Origin: an uncultured Actinomycetes bacterium | GTDB taxonomy: Bacteria > Actinomycetota > Thermoleophilia > Gaiellales > Gaiellaceae | Direction: 5' to 3' | Assembly (NCBI GenBank): GCA_963718385.1 | Contig: CAVQZE010000007.1 | Coordinates: forward strand, 42,455-106,454 | DNA: 64,000 nucleotides | Shown here: one piece after another, positions 36,907-44,645 of the stretch | Numbering within the stretch: the stretch's first letter is position 1 | How the letters are laid out: every line of letters begins with the position of its first letter | Translations under genes and position numbers: made by a program | The notes under the pieces: generated by a model | The model's input: only the letters and a program-made list of their open reading frames with translations | The model's database searches: none | Told to the model about the DNA's origin: nothing

Positions 36907-36931
36907 GACACGCAGCAGATCACGATCGACG

Positions 36932-36953
36932 GGGGCCGGCGAAAGCCGGCCCC
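36932..36953. terminator. Bidirectional terminator-like hairpin GGGGCCGGC-GAAA-GCCGGCCCC between convergent genes
   Basis: Perfect 9-bp stem with a GAAA loop, located between the sigma-factor stop (36906) and the ECF-tail stop (36962). Confidence 0.5.
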
Positions 36954-36961
36954 TAATCGTT

Positions 36962-38364
36962 CTAGGAGTTGGTATTCGAGGACGTCGACGTTGTCGCGGG
37001 CAGCTTCTTACCGGTGACGGTGCCCGTCGACGTCGTGGTCGTCGTGGTGGTAGTCGTCACCGGCGTGCTCGCGGGCGCGAGCGGGCTGTCGGGCGAGTTC
37101 GTGTTCGCGACCGGCGGGCCGTTCTTCGGGTTGAGCAGCGTGACGACCGTCGTCGTGGGCGAGTCCGACGCGCCCGTGCCGGGGTTCGGGACGTACGGGA
37201 TCGGCGCCTTTGGCGAAGTGAGCGGAGTCGCGCTCGTGCTGCTGGAGCTGGAGCTCTGATCCTGACCGGACGCCAGCGAGCCGCCATCCGTCTGAGCCAC
37301 GGGCGGTGTGGGCGTCACAGGCGGGGCGCTCGGGCGGAGTCGCCGGCGCCGCCGGGGCGGCGGGGGGAGCCGCAGGCGGTGTCTGCGGCTGCGCCGCCGG
37401 CTCGGCGGGCGGCTGGGACTCCGGCGTCGCCGTCGGCGTCGCGGTCGCCTGCGGATCGGTGGCGGCCGTCGGCGCGAACGAGGACGCGCCGAGACCGGCG
37501 GCGAGCGCGGCCGCGTGGCCGTGCGTGGTCGTGGCGACCCTTGCCACGCGCGAGCACCGCGGCCGGCGAGGGCACGAGCGCGGGGCCGCCGGTTCGGGCC
37601 GATGCGACCGCGGACTGCGGCGTGCGCGGTGCAGACGCCTTGTGGTGGTGCTGGCGGTGCTGCTGCACGGGCGCCGTGACGGCGACGGTCGTCGCGCTGA
37701 CGACGGCAACGGTCGCGGCGACCTTCACCGCGGCCGCGCCGCTGAAGAGCAGCGACTTGATCCCGGCGAGGATGTTCCCGAAGTCGCCGGCGGCGCGCGC
37801 GCGCCTGCGGGCCGGCTTCGGCGGCTGCTCGAGCCCCTGCGCGAGCGAGCGGCGCGCGCGGAAGATGAGCGTCTCGACCGCCGCCTGCGAGAGCTCGAGC
37901 TCGTCGCCGATCTCGCGGTACGAGAGCCCCTGCCACTCGCGCAGCAGGATCGCGCGGCGCTGGTTCTCCGGCATCGTCTCGAGGACGTCCTGCAGGCCGA
38001 TCAGCTCGTCGGACTGCCGCGCCGGCGCGGGCGCGAGCTCTTCGACGAGGTCGAAGTCGGCCGGCGACTCGATCCGCCCGCGGCGCCACGACGACCGGCG
38101 CCTCGACAGGCAGACGTTGTGCGCGATCTTGAAGAGCCACGCCGCCTCCATCTCCGGCACGACACCGCGCCGAAGCCCGCGGAACGCGTTCAGGAACGTG
38201 CTCTGAACTGCGTCCTCGGCCTCCTCGCGCGAGCCGAGCTGGTGCAGGCAGTAGCCGAAGATCTGATTCGCGTAGCGCTCGTAGAGCGCGCGCGTCGCGT
38301 CCGCCTCGGGTGCGGCGGCCCGGTCGACGTGATCGGCGCGTCCTGTGGACGGTACTGCGGCCAA
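36962..38364 (-). pseudogene. ECF sigma factor fused to a TM helix and a long Pro/Thr/Ser-rich extracytoplasmic tail; two +1 breaks in the tail (about 37550, about 37320)
   Basis: Region 2 (YERYANQIFGYCLHQL..AEDAVQSTF) and region 4 (LSYREIGDELELSQAAVETLIFRARRSL). About 20 aa later comes the TM helix ILAGIKSLLFSGAAAVKVAATVAVVSATTVAV, in the same frame with no stop. The tail continues through the frames of ORFs 37008..37709 and 36962..38140 (..PVTTTTTTTTTSTGTVTGKKL..). TTG start at 38364. Confidence 0.7.
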
Positions 38365-38459
38365 ATCATCTCTTCCCCTGCGAAAGACGGAAGCTGGCCC
38401 CGCCCGAGCCAGCCGTCACATCTTGCGTAGGTTGCCATCAGGGGCAACCCCACGCGGGC

Positions 38460-38481
38460 GGGATTTACCGGGGATTTACCC
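38460..38481. promoter_or_regulatory. Tandem 11-bp direct repeat GGGATTTACC(G/C) x2 upstream of the ECF sigma gene
   Basis: Read directly from the sequence (38460-38470 and 38471-38481). It has an AT-rich core in GC-rich DNA. A 7-bp-stem hairpin GGTTGCC-N6-GGCAACC lies at 38430-38449. Confidence 0.3.
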
Positions 38482-38517
38482 GGACGGGGGACACTGGCCT
38501 CCCCCACAAGGGGCACG

Positions 38518-39615
38518 TCAAGCGCCTGTGAGGGCTCTCCCGGCCAGCTCGCGGCGCAGCCGGACGAGCAGCGCCTCGAGCGCGAGCGGCACCGAGAGCT
38601 GCAACTCCTCGGCCTCGCGCCACGCCGCCCGGACGATCTCGCAGGCGCGCTCGGCCCCGAGCAGCCGCTCGCGCGTCGCGTCGGCGCGCAGCTCCTCGCG
38701 CCGGTCGACGTGGACGACGGCCGCCTCCGCGCCGGCCGCGATCACGACGAGATCGCGGTACCACCACTCCAGCTCCTCGAGCATCGCGAGCAGCTCGTCG
38801 CGCTCCGCGCCGCGCTGCGAGCGCGCCGCACGCGCTGCTCCGCCTCGCGGCCCGTCAGCTCGAGCACCGCGACCGTCTCCTCCGCGTGCTCCTTCGCCTC
38901 GGCGCCGCGCTCCGCGATCCCTTCGAGCAGCGCCTGCGCGCCTCGCGTTGGCGTCGAAGTCCGGATCGAGGTAGACGGAGCGCGCGACGCCGAGCAGCAC
39001 CTCGCGCCGCTTCGCAGCCGCCGGGTCGAGCAGCCGCTCGGCGCGGTCGAGCCGTCCGCCGGCGACGCGCGCGATCGTCGTCACTTCCTCGTCCGGGAGC
39101 TCCGGCCCGCGTGCGCGGACCGCATCGCGCACCGCGCGCTCGGAGAGCCGGCGGAACGGGATGAGCTGGCAGCGCGAGCGGATCGTCTCCGGCAGCGGCC
39201 CGAGGTCGTCGGCGATCAGCAGGATCACCGCGTACGGCGGCGGCTCCTCGAGATCCTTCAGCAGCGCGTCCGCGGCGTCCTCGTTCATCGTGTCCGCGCC
39301 GAAGATGAGGTACACGCGGCGCGACGCCTCGAACGGACGCATGTGCAGGTCGCGGCGAAGCTCGCGGATGTCGTCGATGCGGATCTGGTCGCCGAGCGGC
39401 TCGAGGACGTAGAGGTCCGGATGCGTCTGCCGCTCGACGCGCGCGTGGTCGCCGAGCAGCTCGGCGGCGAAGAGGAGCGCGAGCGTCGCCGCTTGCCGAC
39501 GCCGGGCGGGCCGTGCAGGAGATACGCGTGGCGCGGACCGTCGGCAGAGCGCCGCCGAGAGCAGGCGCTTCGCCTCGTGCTGCTCGGTGATCCCCTCGAA
39601 GCCGAACGAGCTCAC
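38518..39615 (-). pseudogene. holB: DNA polymerase III delta' subunit, at least 4 frame breaks
   Basis: GTG 39615 overlaps the tmk stop (GTGA). FEGITEQHEAKRLLSAAL, then the P-loop segment (..YLLHGPPGVGK..) in another frame. It then returns to ORF 38518..40302 (HPDLYVLEPLGDQIRIDDIRELR, IFGADTMNEDAADALLKDLEEPP, RSRCQLIPF). A second out-of-frame excursion lies around 38870-38960. Confidence 0.8.
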
Positions 39616-40302
39616 GCGCGGCTCCGCAGCTCCGGCTCGACCGCCGCCCAGACCTCGGCGGCGATCTCGCCGACGTCGCGGGCTGCCGCCGTCGTCGCCG
39701 GCGGTCGTCGACGACGCGCCAGCCGTCGCGCTGCGCGAGCGTCGAGATAGACCTCGCGCGACGCGCCGGCGCCCTCCGTGTCCGACTCGAGGATGTCGGC
39801 CTCGAGCGTCGTGTACGTCCCGCGCGCCCTTGCGCGCGACGAGCTCGCGCGCAAGCGCGGCGGGCGCGTCGAAGCAGCACGACGAGATCCGGCCGCGGCA
39901 GATCGAACTCGCCGTACTCGACCTGGAGCAGCCACTCGATCGACGCGCTCGCGCGCCTCGCCCTCGAGCTTCGCTCCCTGGTGCGCGAGGTTCGACGCGA
40001 CGTAGCGGTCGCAGACGACGAGGTCGACGTCGGCCAGCGCGCGCGACGAGCTCCGGCCGCGCGTGCAGCCGGTCGCACGCGTAGAGCAGCGCCGAGAGCT
40101 GCGGGTGCACCTCGTCGAGCCCGCCGAGCTCGCCGTTGAGGTAGTCGCCGATCGCGACGCTGAACGGGTTTCCGTCGTAGCGCGGGAAGCTGAAGGAGGC
40201 GACGGAGTAGCCCGCGGCGCGGGCGGCGTCGGCGAGGAGCGCGGCCTGCGTCCCCTTGCCGGAGCCGTCGATCCCTTCGATCGCGAGCAGGAGCCCTCCC
40301 AT
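39612..40302 (-). pseudogene. tmk: thymidylate kinase, about 6 frame breaks in 690 nt
   Basis: IEGIDGSGKGTQ P-loop and DRY motif (VVCDRYVASNLAHQGAK). The family-like reading hops across all three frames (ORFs 38518..40302, 39612..39935, 38855..41017). Five of the six breaks behave as +1 insertions. Confidence 0.85.
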
Positions 40303-40324
40303 CCCGGCCTAGGATACGAGGCCG

Positions 40325-41225
40325 ATGCGCGCGATCGTCACCGGAGGTGCCGGCTTCATCGGCTCGCACGTCGTCGATGCGCTCCTCGCGCGCGGCGACG
40401 AGGTGCACGTTCTCGACGATCTCTCGAAGGGGAAGCGGGAGAATGTGTCTGCCGGCGCCGAGCTGCACGTCGCCGACATCCGCGACCCGGACGCCGTCTT
40501 CGACGCTGTCCGCCCGGAGGCGGTCGTCCACCTCGCGGCGCAGGCGGACGTGCGCGTCTCGGTCGAGCGGCCGGACTTCGACGCGGACGTGAACGTCGTC
40601 GGCACGGTTCGGATCCTCGAGGCGGCGCGGCGGCACGGCGCGAAGATCGTGTTCTCGTCGTCGGGCGGCGCGGGCTACGGCGAGTGCGACGGCCCCGCGC
40701 CCGAGACGGCGCCGATGCAGCCGCTCGCGCCGTACGGCACCTCGAAGCTCGCCGGCGAGGAGTACCTCGCGACGTACAACCGCCTGTACGGATCCGCGCA
40801 CACGACGCTGCGGCTCGGCAACGTCTACGGGCCGCGACAGGAGTCGCACGGCGAGGCCGGCGTCGTCGCGATCTTCATGGGCCTGCTCCGCGACGGCGGC
40901 ACGCCGCGGATCTACGGCGACGGACGGCAGACGCGCGACTACGTCTTCGTCGGCGACGTCGTCTCCGCGACGCTTGCGGCGCTCGACGCACGGCGGCGGC
41001 GTCTTCAACGTCGGCACCGGAATCGAGACCTCGGTGCTCGAGCTCTACGCCGCGATCCGCGCGGCGAGCGGCATCGACCGGGACGCGGAGCACGCGGAAG
41101 CGCGGCTCGGCGAGCTGCAGCGGAGCGTCCTCGACGTCTCGCTCGCGGCGCGCGAGCTCGGCTGGCGGCCGGAGCGGTCGCTCGCCGACGGGCTGGCGGC
41201 GACCTGGGCGTCGCTCACCGCGTAG
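40325..41225 (+). pseudogene. NAD-dependent epimerase/dehydratase (GalE-like), one +1 break near 40990
   Basis: GGAGFIGSH Rossmann motif and YGTSK catalytic motif in ORF 40325..41347. C-terminus GGVFNVGTGIETSVLELY...WRPERSLADGL in ORF 40974..41225. Confidence 0.85.
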
Positions 41226-41262
41226 AAGGAGCCGGCGCCGGGGCGCCGAAACGAGTCGGGCC

Positions 41263-41787
41263 GTGGAGCACGCCCCGCACCTTTCCCGTTCCTTTCCGTG
41301 GCGCACCGCAACGATCGTCGTCGGCGCGCTGGCGGCGGCGGAGCTGATCGCGCTCGCGCTGATCGGCGGCACGAGGATCGCGCATCTCGTCCGTCCGGTC
41401 GCGCACCCACACGCCGCGCCGGCGGCCGCGGCGCCCGCGCACGCGCCCGCGACGCACGCAAAGGTCACCGTCCCCGCAGCGCCGCCCGCGCATCCGATCT
41501 GGCCGCGCTCCCGCGTCGCCGTCCTCGTCCTGAACGGGAACGGCGTCACCGGCGCAGCGTCCGCCGAGGCGGCGCGCATCCAGGCGCTCGGCTACCGCGT
41601 CCCCGCGGCGACGAACGCGCCGTACCACGACTACTCGCGCTCGATGATCCTCTTCAAGCCCGGCTTCCACGCCGAGGCCCGCCGGCTCGCGCAGGACGCG
41701 CACATCAGGCTCGTCGCACCGCTCGACGGCCTGCGGCACTCGCAGCTCAAGGGGTCGAAGCTCGTGGTGATCCTCGGGGGCAGTTAG
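41263..41787 (+). CDS. LytR_C domain-containing membrane-anchored protein
   Basis: Last 174 aa of track ORF 40063..41787, from GTG 41263. One TM span (TATIVVGALAAAELIALALIGG), then VAVLVLNGNGVTGAASAEAARIQALGY, typical of LytR_C. Confidence 0.7.
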   Translation: MEHAPHLSRSFPWRTATIVVGALAAAELIALALIGGTRIAHLVRPVAHPHAAPAAAAPAHAPATHAKVTVPAAPPAHPIWPRSRVAVLVLNGNGVTGAASAEAARIQALGYRVPAATNAPYHDYSRSMILFKPGFHAEARRLAQDAHIRLVAPLDGLRHSQLKGSKLVVILGGS

Positions 41788-43732
41788 GCGACCAGACGCC
41801 GAGCACCTTGTGGCGCGCCTGATCGAGCAGGCCGCACGGCTTTCCCGCAGGACCCTGGCTGTCGTACTTGTAGGCGTTGACGAACGCGTGGTACGCGAGC
41901 GCCGCGGCACCGTGCTCCCAGTAGAACGAGCCGAGGTCGTACCAGGCGCTGCCGTTCTGCGGCTCGAGTGACACCGCCTGCCGGTACAGCTGCGCCGCGC
42001 GGCGGAGGTTCCCCGACCCGTCCTCGAGCGCGGCCCAGTCGGAGAGGACGAAGGTCGAGAGCGGGTTGTACGTGTGCGCGCGCTTGAACTGCGCGATCGT
42101 CGTCGCGTGCGCGAGCTGGCGATCGGAGAGCCACGGCGCGGCAAGCGAATAGACGACCGCGACGGCGACGAGCACGGCGCCGGCCGCGAGCAGCGGATGC
42201 CGCGCGCGCACGGTCGCAGGTTCCGGCGCGCGCCGTCCGACGAGGGCGCCCGCGACGAGCAGCAGCGGGCCGACGGACGCGACGTAGTTCCAGTCCATGT
42301 CGACGACGCTGTGGACGAGGAACGCGGCGAGCCCGACCGCGAGCGCCGTCACGGCCGCGCGCTCTCCGCCGCTCGCACGGCGGCGCGCGCGCACGATCCC
42401 GACCGCCGCGGCGGCCGCGGCGCCGGCGAAGAGCAGGAAGCCGACGATCCCGGTCTCGCCGAGCAGCTGCAGCGGCGTGTTGTGCGGCTCCTCCGTCGTC
42501 AGCGGGCTGAGACGCAGCCGGAGATCGGTGAACTGGAACGTGCCGGCTCCGGTGCCGCCGAACGGATGCGCGGTGAACGCGCTCCACTCCTCCGACCACC
42601 AGCGCCAGCGGTTGCTCGAGTTGACGCTCGTGAGCCGGCCGGAGTTCGAGGCGATCTGGCTCGAGACGGGATTCGTGAACTCGTGCCAGAGCCGTCCGGC
42701 GAAGGCCGCGCTCGCGGCGATCCCGGCGAGGAGAGCGATTGCCGCGACGATCACGGCGATCCGCTCGACGCGGCGGCGGTGCTCCGCGGTGAGCGGGCGG
42801 CGCGTCTCGGCGCGCGCGAGCGCGTATGCGATGCCGGCCGCGACGGCGCCCAGCCCGAGCACGGCGAGCGCGAAGATCCAGCCGTCGTGGACGCGCGACG
42901 CGTGCGACTGCCCGTCCTTCGTGATCCCGTCGAGCGCGAGCGCGACCCCGAAGGCACCCGCGCCGGCGACGGCGGCGACCGCTGCGGCGACGAGGCTCTC
43001 GACGCGGTCGCTCTCGAGCACGACCCAGGCCGCGACCGCCGCGACCGCGAGCGCGACGCCGAAGCGCGAGTACGTCAGCAGCACCGTCACGACCGCGCCG
43101 TAGAGCAACACGACGCCCGCGGCGCGAACGACCGGCGCGCGCCGCCGGGGCGCGGCGATCCAGAGCGCGACGGGAACGGCGACGTCGGCGAGCAGCGCCA
43201 GCTCGTTCCAGTAGCCGAGCGGCGCGCGCAGCCGCGCGACGCGTCCGTAGTCGCCGTACAGCGCCGGCACGGACTTCGCGAGCAGCGCCCACCCGAGCAC
43301 GAGCGCGAGCAGCACCGCGGCCGCGCGCGCGACCTGCGTCGCCGGCCGCGGCAGGATCGCCGCGAGGAGCACGCCGAGAAGCGCAAACGCGGCATACACG
43401 AGCGTCCGGTTCGTGTAGCCCCAGGTCAGGTTCGGCGACAGCGACCAGAGGGTCGACACGCCCATCCAGAGGGCCAGCCCGAAGAGACACGAGAGGAATG
43501 TCACAACCGGCCGGTCGAGAGCCGGCGCCGGCGTCAGCCCGAGAGCCGCCGTCGCCGTCGCCGCAGCCGCCAGCCCGAGCGCGATCGCGCCGATCCAGAC
43601 GAGCGGCGAGTCCGCGAAGCCGCCGCTGAAGAAGAGGGCGCAGAACGCGGCCGCGAAAGCCCCCGCGGCGAACGCGAGGCCGGCGCCTCCGATCCGTTCC
43701 GCCGCAGCATGCACCGGCGATGACGCTAGCAT
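41747..43732 (-). CDS. O-antigen ligase/polymerase (Wzy_C) family membrane protein with C-terminal TPR-like region
   Basis: Intact 661-aa ORF with about 12 TM spans, the loop PFGGTGAGTFQF...EEPHNTPLQLLGETGIVGF typical of the Wzy_C family, and a soluble C-terminus with TPR-like repeats. Confidence 0.8.
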   Translation of the reverse strand: MLASSPVHAAAERIGGAGLAFAAGAFAAAFCALFFSGGFADSPLVWIGAIALGLAAAATATAALGLTPAPALDRPVVTFLSCLFGLALWMGVSTLWSLSPNLTWGYTNRTLVYAAFALLGVLLAAILPRPATQVARAAAVLLALVLGWALLAKSVPALYGDYGRVARLRAPLGYWNELALLADVAVPVALWIAAPRRRAPVVRAAGVVLLYGAVVTVLLTYSRFGVALAVAAVAAWVVLESDRVESLVAAAVAAVAGAGAFGVALALDGITKDGQSHASRVHDGWIFALAVLGLGAVAAGIAYALARAETRRPLTAEHRRRVERIAVIVAAIALLAGIAASAAFAGRLWHEFTNPVSSQIASNSGRLTSVNSSNRWRWWSEEWSAFTAHPFGGTGAGTFQFTDLRLRLSPLTTEEPHNTPLQLLGETGIVGFLLFAGAAAAAAVGIVRARRRASGGERAAVTALAVGLAAFLVHSVVDMDWNYVASVGPLLLVAGALVGRRAPEPATVRARHPLLAAGAVLVAVAVVYSLAAPWLSDRQLAHATTIAQFKRAHTYNPLSTFVLSDWAALEDGSGNLRRAAQLYRQAVSLEPQNGSAWYDLGSFYWEHGAAALAYHAFVNAYKYDSQGPAGKPCGLLDQARHKVLGVWSPNCPRGSPRASTP

Positions 43733-43864
43733 TGTGAAAACCCGGCGGACGGCCCGTTCACAAACGGTTTACAACGGCATAACCGTGGGAACAACGCCGT
43801 CCGGGAGACTGGAGAGATCCAGCCGAAGTGCGCGCAGTTGCGCGGTCCGGGTGGGCATCGGGAG

Positions 43865-44529
43865 ATGAGGAAGACGAGACTGACGACCCGCAACGGCACA
43901 CGGAGCAGGCGTCCCATGTGGGCGTTCCTCGCCGTCGCCGCAAGCGCCGTCGCACTGCTCGCCGCGGCCCCCGTCGCGTCGGCTGCGCCGGCCGCGTCGG
44001 CGACGCCGACGAACAACTGCTGGAAGGACGTCGTCAACGACTGGCTCGCGCATCAGCCGAACGTGCGGGGCTACTACCCGATCCCCTGCTACACGCAGGC
44101 GATTCAGCACCTGAACGCGTACTCGGATGTCCAGGCGTACTCGAACGCGATGGACGACATCCACCGCGCGCTGCTCGATCGCGATCCACAACGATCACGG
44201 CAACACCGACGGGGGCTCGAGCTCCGGAGGCTCGTCGGGTGGATCGAGCGGCGGCATCGAGCGGCGGCTCATCGAGCGGCGGCTCATCGAGCGGCGGCTC
44301 CTCGTCGAGCTCGCAGAGCGCCGGCCCGATCAACAGCCTCTTCAACGACCTCGGCCCGGGGAACGCCCAGTCGGTGCCGCTCCCCCTCCTCGTGCTCGGC
44401 GGGCTCGCGGTGCTCCTGCTCTTCGCCGCCGTCGCCACGTGGATCACGCGGCGCCTCCAGGCACGCCGGTTGACCCCGGCCACGGCCCCGGCGACGGCGC
44501 CGCGCCAGGCTCCGCCGAACCCCCGCTAA
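43865..44529 (+). pseudogene. exported, C-terminally membrane-anchored protein with Gly/Ser-repeat linker; two frame breaks (about 44180, about 44255)
   Basis: Signal-like WAFLAVAASAVALLAAAPVASA and a Cys-containing domain (NNCWKDVVNDW...PIPCYTQAI) in ORF 43838..44473. HNDHGNTDGGSSSGGSSGG in ORF 44127..44609. GGSSSGGSSS...PLPLLVLGGLAVLLLFAAVATWITRR in ORF 43828..44529. The start could be 43865 or 43916. Confidence 0.55.
44249..44309 (+). repeat. Tandem 15-bp repeat CGGCGGCTCATCGAG (encodes GSSSG units), with one 13-nt short copy
   Basis: Full copies at 44262-44276 and 44277-44291, a variant from 44292, and a short copy CGGCGGCATCGAG at 44249-44261 that coincides with the frame break. Confidence 0.6.
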
Positions 44530-44645
44530 CGGTCCGGCGCCGCAGCGCGTCCATCCGACGCGACTTCTACATTGCGCGGTCCCGCTCAAGGCGTCCGCGC
44601 CCGCGGTAGACCGGTTAAACGAGGCTAAAGTTCGGGAGGGGCAGC

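Noticed and set aside
44530-44645. Cobalamin riboswitch or NrdR boxes upstream of nrdJ
   Set aside because: The 116-nt leader is too short for a B12 riboswitch, and I find no B12-box-like GCCACTG core. No pair of AT-rich 16-bp NrdR-type palindromes is recognisable. An Rfam or motif scan would be needed to be sure.
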